A stretch of 64,000 nt of DNA from an uncultured Bacteroidales bacterium (GCA_964511665.1 CAZEHA010000003.1:45880-109879), one strand, 5' to 3'. Positions 17,927 through 27,589 are shown, counted from the stretch's first letter. The notes: a model not told the origin generated them from the letters alone. Program-made: numbers and translations.

Positions 17927-18895
17927 TTACAATCTTCTTACACTTCTATACCGACCCGGGTCGGAATTTATATCTACTCCGAAACAATAACGAACCATAA
18001 TTTCGTGAGAACCACTAGAATAGGTACTCAAAGGTGAAAGTTCGATATCGTAGCAATAAGCAAAACTCAGACCATTCATTAAATAAATCCCCAACATTGG
18101 ACTGATAGCATCGTTGTAGCGATAGCTAACACCTCCCCATATTTTTTTACTGTAAACGAATTGTCCATTAATTGTAAATTGTGTTGTTGCACCGTCGAAC
18201 TGCATCAATACTGCCGGCCTAACTTCGAAGATAGGGTTGGGCAATTGATAGTTATATCCGGCCACCAAGTAATAATGTCTTTTAATGTAACTGGGTTTTT
18301 CGATATCGAAATTAATACTGGGCTGCAACAAGTGGGTAAACGACAAACCTGCATACATTTTATCGTATTTAAAAAATGCACCGAATCCCATATCGAAGGC
18401 TACCTTGCTTTCGGAATGAGGAACAGCAGGGTCGGTATAAACTGTACCGCCATTTAACGATTCGGGCGTAATCCAATCTCCGTCGATAACCCTGTTGATA
18501 AAACCCAGATTAAGGCCTATTCCCAAACTTCCGTAACCCAAATCTACCCGATATGAATACATCAAGTTCATGTATAAGTCCGATTGAAAACCAATCATAT
18601 CCTGGGTTATGGACAGGCCAACACCGCTGTTGATTGAATTAAGGGGCATTTCAGCATTAAAAACTGTGGTAACCGGCCTACCGCTTTTACCTCCATTTAG
18701 AGGATTGCTGTTAAAACCAACATATTGTTGTCTGTGAACCGATGAAATACAAATTCCGTTGTTACTGCCGGCGTATCCGGGATTGTACGACAACTGATTA
18801 AATTCAAAGAGACTAAAATGAGGGTCGTTTTGAGCAAATATAAGACTTGCAAGCAGCACCAGTGAAATTGTTGATAATAATCTCCTCATAAACAT
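17927..18895 (-). CDS. porP: PorP/SprF family T9SS outer-membrane protein
   Basis: 322 aa with a signal peptide. It has QNDPHFSLFEFNQLSYNPGYAG (the PorP/SprF N-terminal signature) and a beta-barrel repeat pattern, and it lies immediately upstream of gldK as in porPKLMN. Confidence 0.85.
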   Translation of the reverse strand: MFMRRLLSTISLVLLASLIFAQNDPHFSLFEFNQLSYNPGYAGSNNGICISSVHRQQYVGFNSNPLNGGKSGRPVTTVFNAEMPLNSINSGVGLSITQDMIGFQSDLYMNLMYSYRVDLGYGSLGIGLNLGFINRVIDGDWITPESLNGGTVYTDPAVPHSESKVAFDMGFGAFFKYDKMYAGLSFTHLLQPSINFDIEKPSYIKRHYYLVAGYNYQLPNPIFEVRPAVLMQFDGATTQFTINGQFVYSKKIWGGVSYRYNDAISPMLGIYLMNGLSFAYCYDIELSPLSTYSSGSHEIMVRYCFGVDINSDPGRYRSVRRL

Positions 18896-18908
18896 AATTT
18901 TTTCTTTA

Positions 18909-18916
18909 CAAACTTA
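18909..18916 (-). promoter_or_regulatory. Candidate -7 box for porP
   Basis: TAAGTTTG on the minus strand, only 13 nt upstream of ATG 18895. This would give a very short leader. Confidence 0.3.
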
Positions 18917-18947
18917 ATCTTTACTCATCAACGTTGCGGTAAAGAAA

Positions 18948-18989
18948 TAACATTTTTTTCAAATTTCCAAACTTTATTAACATTTTTTT
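18948..18989. repeat. Direct repeat TAACATTTTTTT x2, exactly 30 bp apart, in the porP upstream region
   Basis: Copies at 18948-18959 and 18978-18989. A third, shorter copy (AACATTTTTTT) lies at 19120-19130. Confidence 0.6.
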
Positions 18990-19234
18990 GTTGATAACTC
19001 AATTTTTGTTAACAAAGTACATCTTTACTGTCCTCTTCCCAACCAATCACTCACAATATTTCATCAAACTGCGAAATTTACAACAAATATTTTATTATAC
19101 AAGTACTTCAACAAAAAAAAACATTTTTTTCACAATCTTAGTAACGACACAAACACGAAGTATAGTATATTTAATTTAATAATTTTGTTAAAATAATTTT
19201 ATTTATAAACTTATTTAGTTAAAAATGAAATATA

Positions 19235-21511
19235 TTACTTACTTGTTGATTTTTTGATAATTTCTAAACATTCTTCGAGACTGACCGTTTGGGGGTCGAA
19301 GTTTTTGGGAATTCTGTAGTTTTTATTCTGATATGAAATATAAGGGCCAAAACGACCTTTTAAAATTGTAAGGTCGTTCACTCCCTGAAATGAACGCGGG
19401 AACACATCGTTTGCATTGCTGTTGATGATTTCAACAGCTTTATCGTAGCTTATAGTGTAGGGATCATCTTTGGTTTTGCGCAACGAGATAAACTTACCGT
19501 TATACTTAACATAAGGCCCGAATTTCCCTATACCTATAATAATGTCATTTTCGTTGTATTTACCCAAATTTCGGGGCATTTTAAACAGTTCAATGGCTTC
19601 ATCGATAGTAATCGTTTCAATATTCTGACTTTGTAGAAGGCTGGCAAACCGGGGCTGAGTTGTCTCTGAATTGTCGCCCATTTGAACAAATGCACCATAG
19701 CGACCCACTTTAACAATAAGAACTTCTCCTGTTTCGGGATGGGTACCCAGTTTACGTTCAAATCGTTGAGTGTCTTTATGCGACAGTGTTTCCTCGACAC
19801 GACTATGAAATCCACTATAAAAACCATCAATCATTGAAGTCCATTCGAGTTTTCCTGCAGCAATTTCATCAAATTGCTTTTCGACCTCAGCCGTAAAATG
19901 AAAATCCATTATAGCAGGGAAATGCTCTATAAGGAAGTCGGTAACAAGGATTCCGATAGATGTTGGGAACAATTTTGCATGTTCGGCACCATACTTTTCA
20001 ATTTTTACTCCCTCTTCAATTTTTCCCTTCTTCACACTGATATATTTCAAATCTCTTTCGTTAGGTTTCCGGTCTTGCCGTATCACATACCCGCGTTGCT
20101 GAATTGTGGAAATGGTGGGCGCATATGTTGATGGTCTTCCTATTCCGAGTTCCTCAAGTTTTTTCACCAAACTGGCTTCATTATATCTTGGTGGGTGAAC
20201 GGAATACTTCTGCATCGCACAAATCTCGGTATAGAATAATGTATCGCCCTTCTTCATACGGGGTAATACGCCCTGCTTTTCATCCCCATTTTCCTCGTCG
20301 GTCGACTCAATATATAGTGTAAGAAAACCGTCGAAAACAATGACTTCGCCCTCGGCAATAAATTTGTGAGGAGATTTGCCAACAGATATTTCTACAATTG
20401 TTTTCTCGGTAATAGCTTCGGCCATTTGCGAAGCTATGGTTCTCTTCCAGATTAATTCATACAGTCGCTGTTCGGGCTTGGTTCCCTCAATAGTTTTCTG
20501 CTGCGCATAGGTGGGCCTGATGGCTTCGTGAGCCTCTTGTGCGCCCTTGGTTTTGGTTGTAAATTGCCTTGTTTTCAGATATTTATCGCCAAATTCAGAT
20601 AATACTGCTGTTTTAATAGTCGACAATGCCATATTCGACAAACTCACCGAATCGGTTCTCATATAAGTAATTTTTCCACTTTCGTAAAGGCTTTGAGCAA
20701 CCCTCATGGTTTGCGAAACAGAAAAATTGAGTTTTCGACTGGCCTCTTGCTGCAATGTAGAGGTGGTGAATGGAGGGGAAGGCGATTTTTTGCCCGGTTT
20801 CACCTGTAAATCGGTGATAGAAAAATCGGCATTACCGCAGCTCTCAACAAAAGCAGCGGCTTCTTCGAAGCTTTCGAAACGGGTATTCAATTCAGCTTTA
20901 AACGCCTTTCCGCCACTAACAAAATAGGCGTAAACTCTAAACTTGCTCTCGGAATTGAAAGCACCGATTTCTCGCTCACGGTCAACAATGAGTTTGACTG
21001 CCACCGACTGCACCCGACCCGCTGAGAGAGAAGGTTTTATTTTTTTCCACAATATTGGCGAAACTTCAAAACCAACCAATCTGTCGAGTACACGCCTGGC
21101 TTGCTGCGCATTTACCAGATTATTGTTGATTTCGCGGGGCGATTCAACAGCTCGGGCAATGGCCTCTTTCGTAATTTCATGAAAAACTATTCGCTTGGTG
21201 TTGCCAGGTTTCAGTTTTAACTCCTGTGCTAAATGCCATGCTATTGCCTCTCCTTCTCGGTCTTCGTCGGAAGCCAACCACACGAGTTTTGCTTCTTTTG
21301 CCAGTTTTTTCAATTCGGCAACCACTTTTTTCTTATCGGGCGAAACAATATAATCGGGCTGAAAGTTATTCTTGACATCAATGCCCAAATTCTTTTTCGA
21401 CAAGTCGCGAATATGACCAAAACTAGATGTAACCAGAAAGTTTTCGCCTAAAAATTTTTTAATTGTTTTTGCTTTCGCAGGAGATTCTACAATAACCAGA
21501 TTTTCTTCCAT
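19235..21511 (-). CDS. topA: DNA topoisomerase I
   Basis: A Toprim N-terminus (LVIVESPAKAKTIKKFLG) and the catalytic region ITYMRTDS. Confidence 0.95.
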   Translation of the reverse strand: MEENLVIVESPAKAKTIKKFLGENFLVTSSFGHIRDLSKKNLGIDVKNNFQPDYIVSPDKKKVVAELKKLAKEAKLVWLASDEDREGEAIAWHLAQELKLKPGNTKRIVFHEITKEAIARAVESPREINNNLVNAQQARRVLDRLVGFEVSPILWKKIKPSLSAGRVQSVAVKLIVDREREIGAFNSESKFRVYAYFVSGGKAFKAELNTRFESFEEAAAFVESCGNADFSITDLQVKPGKKSPSPPFTTSTLQQEASRKLNFSVSQTMRVAQSLYESGKITYMRTDSVSLSNMALSTIKTAVLSEFGDKYLKTRQFTTKTKGAQEAHEAIRPTYAQQKTIEGTKPEQRLYELIWKRTIASQMAEAITEKTIVEISVGKSPHKFIAEGEVIVFDGFLTLYIESTDEENGDEKQGVLPRMKKGDTLFYTEICAMQKYSVHPPRYNEASLVKKLEELGIGRPSTYAPTISTIQQRGYVIRQDRKPNERDLKYISVKKGKIEEGVKIEKYGAEHAKLFPTSIGILVTDFLIEHFPAIMDFHFTAEVEKQFDEIAAGKLEWTSMIDGFYSGFHSRVEETLSHKDTQRFERKLGTHPETGEVLIVKVGRYGAFVQMGDNSETTQPRFASLLQSQNIETITIDEAIELFKMPRNLGKYNENDIIIGIGKFGPYVKYNGKFISLRKTKDDPYTISYDKAVEIINSNANDVFPRSFQGVNDLTILKGRFGPYISYQNKNYRIPKNFDPQTVSLEECLEIIKKSTSK

Positions 21512-21581
21512 CGGCTTAATTTAATTCAGAAATGTGGTGCAAATTAAATCATTTCAAAAAGCAACTTCAAATTTTATTATG

Positions 21582-21589
21582 TAATTTTG
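21582..21589 (+). promoter_or_regulatory. -7 box (TAnnTTTG) for PBP1A
   Basis: TAATTTTG lies 17 nt upstream of ATG 21607. Confidence 0.5.
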
Positions 21590-21606
21590 CTTCAAATTAT
21601 TGGAAC

Positions 21607-23985
21607 ATGACCATTCAAACAAGAGAACAGCAGGGCACTAACAAACTTAAGAACAAAGAGTTATCGCCAAATAAAACAAGAAATAAATTTTTATTTTTTT
21701 TCTGGGGCAGCTATATATTTTTTGTAATTCTTGTTAGTTTTTACTTTTTATTATTATCGTCGGGCTTTTTTGGGTTCATGCCCGAATTTGAGCAACTTGA
21801 GAATCCCAAGAGTAATTTAGCCAGTAAGATTATCTCATCTGATCAGGTATTGCTGGGAACTTATTTTCGCGAAAACCGCAGTCAGGTGCAATACGAAGAT
21901 TTATCTCCCCATCTTGTTAACGCATTAATTGCAACCGAAGACATTAGATATTACAAACATTCAGGAATTGATATTAGAGCCTTAGGGCGGGTATTCAGTG
22001 GCATGTTTTCAGGGGGCAATAAGGGGGGAGGCAGTACCATAACCCAACAATTGGCAAAAATGCTATTCCCCCGCGAAACCGACATATCGAAGCTGGCATT
22101 CGTAAACCGTAAATTTCGAGAATGGGTAATTGCAGTAAAACTAGAAAGGAGCTATACCAAAGAGGAAATTATAGCCATGTACTTCAACCGTTTCGATTTT
22201 TTGAATTTGGCTGTGGGGATCGAATCGGCTGCAAGGGTGTATTTTAACACAACTCCCGATTCATTAAGCATTGCCCAAGCAGCCATGTTGGTGGGAATGG
22301 CAAAAAACCCGTCTCTCTATAATCCGTTGCGACGACCCGAAGAAACCTTGCATCGCCGAAACGTAGTGTTGTCGCAAATGAAAAAATATGATTTTATCAG
22401 CAAGAGCGAATTCGATACATTAAAAAATACCGGTTTAGGTATCAAGTTTCAAAAAGTAGATCATAATATAGGGACAGCAACCTATTTCAGGGAATTTCTA
22501 AGAATGTGGCTTACTGCCGAAAAACCCGATTACAGCAAATACATCGACAAGCGTATTTATGTTGAAGACTCTATCAATTGGCATACCGATCCATCGTATG
22601 GATGGTGCAACAAAAACACCAAAGCCGATGGGAGCAACTATGACATATACAGCGATGGCCTGAAGATTTACACAACCATTAACTCGCGGATGCAGAAATA
22701 TGCCGAATATGCGCTTGCCGAGCACTTGGGTAATTATTTGCAAGCCGAGTTCTTTAGAGATCAAAAAAATAGGAAAAAGGCTCCGTTTTCCGACAATCTC
22801 ACCATGGAACAGATTGATAACATCATGAACCTTTCGATGAAAAGAAGCGAAAGATATCGTGTGCTAAAGGCCGATAATCTTTCGGAAGACGAGATTGTTA
22901 AAAACTTTAACACTCCTACTCCTATGTCCGTTTTCAGTTGGAAGGGAGATATTGACACAATAATGACTCCAATTGATTCAATTAAATATTACAAATACTA
23001 TTTGCGCGCCGGTTTTATGTCGATGGAACCTCAAACCGGATTTGTGAGAGCTTATGTGGGAGGTATAAACTACCAGCATTTTAAATTCGATCAGGTTTCG
23101 GTTGCCCGACGACAAGTGGGTTCTACCATAAAACCATTTATTTATTGTTTGGCTATGCAAAACGGGTATTCGCCATGCACACAGGTACCCAACATTGAAG
23201 TAACGTTTGAACTACCCGAAGGGTCGCCTCAAAAGTTTTACACACCCAAATACTCACCGTCGGACCGCGATGGAGAAATGATAACATTGAAATATGGTTT
23301 GGCGGGTTCTCTCAACCAGATATCGGCATGGGTGCTAAAACAATTTTCGCCTGAAGCGGTAATCAATCTTGCTCGAAAAATGGGTGTTTACAGCCATATC
23401 GACCCTTATCCCAGCATATGCGTGGGTGCTGCCGAGGTTTTACTCAAAGAAATGGTATCGGGTTATTGCACCTTTGCCAACAAAGGCATCTACACCAGGC
23501 CCATGTTTGTTACCCGAATCGAAGACAAAGACGGCAATGTTCTTGGAACATTCAGGCCCATTCAAAAAGAAGCTGTTAGTGAAGAAACAGCATACCTGAT
23601 GCTGGATTTAATGCGGGGTGTTGTCGATTTTGGAACGAGTGTTCGGCTCCGTTACAAATACAAGCTAAATAGTGACTTGGCAGGAAAAACCGGAACTACG
23701 AATAACCATTCCGATGGTTGGTTTATCGGCATTTCGCCTCAACTAGTAAGCGGTGCATGGGTAGGGGGCGAAGAAAGAAGCATCCACTTTAGAACCATAA
23801 CTCTGGGGCAGGGTGCTGTGATGGCACTACCAATTTGGGGACTGTATATGCAAAAAGTATTCGACGACGAAACGCTTCCTTACGACACAAAAGTAAAATT
23901 TGAACGACCCGATAAAGTGAGTGTTGAAACCGACTGCGACACATACAACAAAGAAAACAAACCCTACAATTTTATAGAGCTGTAG
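21607..23985 (+). CDS. mrcA: Penicillin-binding protein 1A (bifunctional transglycosylase/transpeptidase)
   Basis: GT51 motifs EDIRYYKHSGID and GGSTITQQLAK. Transpeptidase motifs STIKP, SLN and KTGTT. I place the start at ATG 21607 because a TAATTTTG -7 box (21582-21589) lies inside the longer ORF. Confidence 0.9.
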   Translation: MTIQTREQQGTNKLKNKELSPNKTRNKFLFFFWGSYIFFVILVSFYFLLLSSGFFGFMPEFEQLENPKSNLASKIISSDQVLLGTYFRENRSQVQYEDLSPHLVNALIATEDIRYYKHSGIDIRALGRVFSGMFSGGNKGGGSTITQQLAKMLFPRETDISKLAFVNRKFREWVIAVKLERSYTKEEIIAMYFNRFDFLNLAVGIESAARVYFNTTPDSLSIAQAAMLVGMAKNPSLYNPLRRPEETLHRRNVVLSQMKKYDFISKSEFDTLKNTGLGIKFQKVDHNIGTATYFREFLRMWLTAEKPDYSKYIDKRIYVEDSINWHTDPSYGWCNKNTKADGSNYDIYSDGLKIYTTINSRMQKYAEYALAEHLGNYLQAEFFRDQKNRKKAPFSDNLTMEQIDNIMNLSMKRSERYRVLKADNLSEDEIVKNFNTPTPMSVFSWKGDIDTIMTPIDSIKYYKYYLRAGFMSMEPQTGFVRAYVGGINYQHFKFDQVSVARRQVGSTIKPFIYCLAMQNGYSPCTQVPNIEVTFELPEGSPQKFYTPKYSPSDRDGEMITLKYGLAGSLNQISAWVLKQFSPEAVINLARKMGVYSHIDPYPSICVGAAEVLLKEMVSGYCTFANKGIYTRPMFVTRIEDKDGNVLGTFRPIQKEAVSEETAYLMLDLMRGVVDFGTSVRLRYKYKLNSDLAGKTGTTNNHSDGWFIGISPQLVSGAWVGGEERSIHFRTITLGQGAVMALPIWGLYMQKVFDDETLPYDTKVKFERPDKVSVETDCDTYNKENKPYNFIEL

Positions 23986-25344
23986 TCATCGGAAAACTTG
24001 CTTGGCAAACTGCTGGATACCGGCAACCGGAATTATTTCGATTTGTGAGGTAATGGATTCAATCTTTTGGTATTTCGAAACAAAAAGGCGGTTAAAACCC
24101 AATTTTGTAATCTCCGAAATTCGCAATTGAAAGTTGGCGACAGGTCGTATTTGCCCTGTAAGACTAATCTCTCCCAAAAAACATGTATTGCCGGTAACCG
24201 GCATATCGGTAAGTGATGATAGCAGTGCTGCAAGCACTGCCAAATCGGCAGCGGGATCATTCAGTTTGATGCCTCCGGCAATGTTTAAAAAAATATCTTT
24301 TTGACCAAGCCTGTATCCCAATCTTTTTTCGATAACTGCCAAAATCATATTCAGTCGTCGTGAATCGAAACCGGTTGCAGTGCGTTGAGGACTGCTATAA
24401 ACCGAATTACCGGCCAGTGCTTGTATTTCGAGCATCAACGAGCGACTTCCTTCGTTCATAGCAGTTACTGCAACTCCGCCCACATCCTCGTCTCTACCGG
24501 TAAGGAGCAAATTACCTGGATCAGAAATTTCGCTCAAACCTTGTTGGGTCATCTCAAAAACACCCAGTTCAAAAGCCGATCCAAAGCGGTTTTTCTTACT
24601 TCTCAGCAAGCGATAATAATTGTTTGTATCTCCTTCGAATTGCAGCACAACGTCAACAATATGCTCAAGCGACATAGGGCCGGCAATGCTGCCTTCTTTG
24701 TTAATGTGTCCGATAATAATAACCGGAACACCCGTTGTTTTGGCAAACTTCTGTAGTAATTGAGCACAAGCCCTTACCTGACTTACCGATCCGGGGACAG
24801 AAGAAATCTCATCGGTATAAACAGTTTGAACCGAATCTACAACCAACACGTCAGGGCTGGTATTACGGGCTGCTTCAATGATATGATCGATAGATGTTCC
24901 CGAGTACAAATATACCTTAGCAGCATTGCTGTTCAGTCGATTTGCCCTGAGTTTTATTTGCGAGGGACTCTCTTCGCCCGAGACATATAGAATTCTCTTT
25001 TGATGCAAAGCCAGCACCGACTGCAATACCAATGTTGATTTTCCGATGCCGGGTTCACCCCCCAACAAAACCAAAGACCCTTTCACCAATCCCCCGCCCA
25101 ACACACGGTTGAATTCATCATAGGGCAATTGGATGCGTTCGCTTTCGGTAACGTCAATATCTCCTAACTCAAATATTTCTGATTCGGGAACCGATACCGC
25201 CAAAGCATTTGCCTTCCCTTTTTTCTCAACAACTTCTTCAACAAACGAGTTCCATGTATTACACGAAGGACAACGCCCTATCCATTTGGGAGATTTATAG
25301 GCACACTGCTGACAAACAAAAACGGTTTTAGAGGCTGGGGCCAT
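23986..25344 (-). CDS. radA: DNA repair protein RadA
   Basis: N-terminal zinc finger CQQCAYKSPKWIGRCPSCNTWN, Walker A GEPGIGKST and a Lon-like C-terminal domain. Confidence 0.95.
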   Translation of the reverse strand: MAPASKTVFVCQQCAYKSPKWIGRCPSCNTWNSFVEEVVEKKGKANALAVSVPESEIFELGDIDVTESERIQLPYDEFNRVLGGGLVKGSLVLLGGEPGIGKSTLVLQSVLALHQKRILYVSGEESPSQIKLRANRLNSNAAKVYLYSGTSIDHIIEAARNTSPDVLVVDSVQTVYTDEISSVPGSVSQVRACAQLLQKFAKTTGVPVIIIGHINKEGSIAGPMSLEHIVDVVLQFEGDTNNYYRLLRSKKNRFGSAFELGVFEMTQQGLSEISDPGNLLLTGRDEDVGGVAVTAMNEGSRSLMLEIQALAGNSVYSSPQRTATGFDSRRLNMILAVIEKRLGYRLGQKDIFLNIAGGIKLNDPAADLAVLAALLSSLTDMPVTGNTCFLGEISLTGQIRPVANFQLRISEITKLGFNRLFVSKYQKIESITSQIEIIPVAGIQQFAKQVFR

Positions 25345-25347
25345 GTT

Positions 25348-25770
25348 CTAGTTCAAACGCGTAAACTCCCTCCACAGATATGAACTACTTTCTCGTTCTT
25401 TAGTTTCGGGATCAATATCGATACGACGCAACTTCATGGTATTATCTTTAAAATACTCAACCTGCCACAAGCCATTAACATCAGTATAATTGGTAAAAGC
25501 GACGCTGCCTTCGATGGTAATCAAAGTTTTTGTCAACTTTTTTTCTACACTGTACAAGCAATTATCATAGCGTAAGTCTTCACCCATAAGATAGGTTCTT
25601 ACTAAAGTGCCATCAGTATTAAATTGCCAGGTAATCAGCACTGTGGTTTCGTCAAGCATCAACTCCGACTTCCATTCTCCAACAATTTCATCCTGAACTT
25701 TTGTACACGAAGAAAAAGAAATCAAAATAACCAATAGTGTTAGTAATTGGAAGGTTATCGCTTTTTTCAT
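25348..25770 (-). CDS. Hypothetical lipoprotein (lipocalin-like)
   Basis: Signal peptide plus the lipobox FSSC, and a GEWKS / TWQFNTDGTL pattern. I place the start at ATG 25770 because a TATATTTG -7 box (25798-25805, minus) lies inside the longer ORF. Confidence 0.5.
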   Translation of the reverse strand: MKKAITFQLLTLLVILISFSSCTKVQDEIVGEWKSELMLDETTVLITWQFNTDGTLVRTYLMGEDLRYDNCLYSVEKKLTKTLITIEGSVAFTNYTDVNGLWQVEYFKDNTMKLRRIDIDPETKERESSSYLWREFTRLN

Positions 25771-25797
25771 AGTTTGACGAATTAATGCATTAATCTG

Positions 25798-25805
25798 CAA
25801 ATATA
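25798..25805 (-). promoter_or_regulatory. -7 box for the lipoprotein gene at 25348-25770
   Basis: TATATTTG on the minus strand, 27 nt upstream of ATG 25770. Confidence 0.45.
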
Positions 25806-25836
25806 TATATAAATAATTAAGCCACACAAAAAATGT

Positions 25837-26319
25837 TTAAAACTTTTGTAGAATATTGGTTGTGCTATATCCATCAACCAATGGAATGGTTAACACTTTG
25901 CCTCCCCTACCGGTAACAAATTCATATCCGGCAATTTCTTCTACCTGATAGTCACCTCCTTTAATTAAAAAATCGGGGGAAACCATTTCGATTAGTTTTA
26001 TAGGTGTATCATCGTCGAAAACACAAACGGCATCAACCACCCGCAAGGCAGCCAGCGTAACAGCACGCGACTGTTCATTCTGCAAGGGTCGGTTATTGCC
26101 TTTGAGTCGTTTTACTGAATCATCGCTGTTGAGCCCCACAATAAGTTTAGTGCCCCATCCGGCAGCCTGATGCAAATATTCTACATGGCCTTTGTGTAAA
26201 ATATCGAAACAACCGTTGGTGAAAACAATTTTTTCACAGTGCCTCCTCCACGATTCAATTAAGACTTCAATTGTGTGGAGCTTGTAAATTCTGTGATAGA
26301 GTGCTGCCAGATTATCCAT
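25837..26319 (-). CDS. rfaE2: D-glycero-beta-D-manno-heptose-1-phosphate adenylyltransferase-like cytidylyltransferase (RfaE/HldE domain II only)
   Basis: 160 aa with FTNGCFDILHKGHVEYL, GLNSDDSVKRLKG..RP and LIKGGDY motifs. Confidence 0.75.
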   Translation of the reverse strand: MDNLAALYHRIYKLHTIEVLIESWRRHCEKIVFTNGCFDILHKGHVEYLHQAAGWGTKLIVGLNSDDSVKRLKGNNRPLQNEQSRAVTLAALRVVDAVCVFDDDTPIKLIEMVSPDFLIKGGDYQVEEIAGYEFVTGRGGKVLTIPLVDGYSTTNILQKF

Positions 26320-26322
26320 GGT

Positions 26323-26673
26323 TTAAAGTAACTGATTTGAAACTGTGTCGGGAAACACCAAAGCCGGTTTAAAACTTTTGGCTTCCTCAAAATCGATACT
26401 GGCATACGAAATTATTATCAACACATCGCCCACTACTACTTTTCGCGCAGCCGGTCCATTAAGACATATCACTCCTGAGCCATATTCACCTTTAATTACA
26501 TACGTTTCGAGGCGCTCACCATTATTCAGATTGATAACCTGAACTTTTTCGTTTTCGATGAGATTGGCCGCTATCATCAACTTTTCATCAATGGTAATGC
26601 TACCTACATAATGAAGATTTGCCTCGGTAACGGTAACCTTATGAATCTTTGATTTTACTATTTCTATATTCAT
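26323..26673 (-). CDS. panD: Aspartate 1-decarboxylase
   Basis: 116 aa with [23 protein letters not shown], which contains the pyruvoyl-forming G-S site. Confidence 0.95.
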   Translation of the reverse strand: MNIEIVKSKIHKVTVTEANLHYVGSITIDEKLMIAANLIENEKVQVINLNNGERLETYVIKGEYGSGVICLNGPAARKVVVGDVLIIISYASIDFEEAKSFKPALVFPDTVSNQLL

Positions 26674-26713
26674 ACCAAAAAATCAAAGCGCAAAGATACA
26701 AATATTTGACTGA

Positions 26714-27556
26714 TTACTTCAAATAAATATTATCAATAAGTCGCACACCACCACACCACACCGCCAACAACAACATATTTCCACGGGCAATATCATGTGG
26801 CGAAACACTTTGCAATGTATTGCCGTTACACACCTCAACATATTCAACGGTAAATTGCGGGAACAATTTCAGCTGGGCCCACATAAACTCCAGGAGTTGA
26901 GCAACCGTTTTATCGGAATAATTATCGGCAGCTAGTTTCAGTGTTTTATATATGTTGGGGGCTATACTTCGCGAATGAGTATCGAGGCGCATATTTCTAG
27001 AGCTCATTGCGAGTCCGTCAGATTCTCTTACAATATCACAGGCAATAATATCGATATTGGGGAAGTACTCTAACGCAAGCAGTGAAATAATTCTTAACTG
27101 CTGATAATCTTTCATGCCGAAAAACGCCTTATGCGGTTTCACCGACTGGAATAAAGCATATACCACATCGATCATTCCTTGAAAATGCCCGGGACGAAAT
27201 TTCCCTTCGAGTACTTTATCAAGATTTCTAAAATTCAAAGAGATAGAATCTTCGCTGCGAAACAATTCGTTGTAATCGGGACAAAAAACGGCATGGCAAG
27301 AATGCGATTCCAGTAACTGTAGGTCGGCTACTTGATTTCGCGGATAGGTGTGGTAATCGGCTTTATCGTTAAACTGACGAGGATTCACAAATATACTTAC
27401 CACAACGGTGTCGGTTTGGCTTACGGCCTGTTCTACCAACGAAATATGCCCCCGATGCAATGCCCCCATGGTGGGAACAAAACCAATAGTTTTATTAAGA
27501 CTTTTCTCAGCAAAAACAAAATCTGCAATTTCTAATTGTGTTGTAAAAATTTTCAT
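26714..27556 (-). CDS. panC: Pantoate--beta-alanine ligase
   Basis: PTMGALHRGH and a downstream SSRN motif. A -7 box TAATTTTG (minus strand) lies at 27582-27589. Confidence 0.95.
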   Translation of the reverse strand: MKIFTTQLEIADFVFAEKSLNKTIGFVPTMGALHRGHISLVEQAVSQTDTVVVSIFVNPRQFNDKADYHTYPRNQVADLQLLESHSCHAVFCPDYNELFRSEDSISLNFRNLDKVLEGKFRPGHFQGMIDVVYALFQSVKPHKAFFGMKDYQQLRIISLLALEYFPNIDIIACDIVRESDGLAMSSRNMRLDTHSRSIAPNIYKTLKLAADNYSDKTVAQLLEFMWAQLKLFPQFTVEYVEVCNGNTLQSVSPHDIARGNMLLLAVWCGGVRLIDNIYLK

Positions 27557-27581
27557 TTTGCAAAAAATAAAATCAACAAAA

Positions 27582-27589
27582 CAAAATTA
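27582..27589 (-). promoter_or_regulatory. -7 box for panC-panD-rfaE2
   Basis: TAATTTTG on the minus strand, 25 nt upstream of ATG 27556. Confidence 0.5.

Noticed and set aside
19113-19130. Homopolymer tracts considered as phase-variation switches: A9-CA-T7 at 19113-19130, T8 at 1155-1162, T8 at 21694-21701 and A8 at 54321-54328.
   Set aside because: The tracts are short (9 nt or less). They are either intergenic or encode Lys/Phe runs in conserved genes. I saw no flanking inverted repeats or invertase genes of the kind found at Bacteroides invertons. There is no evidence for slipped-strand regulation.
18988-19179. A 63-aa ORF in the AT-rich spacer upstream of porP.
   Set aside because: It begins with a non-ATG codon in DNA of very low GC (by eye). 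The composition (I/F/T/Y/K-rich) simply mirrors A/T-rich codons, and there is no signal peptide logic or conserved motif. It is probably not a gene, although it cannot be excluded without ribosome profiling.
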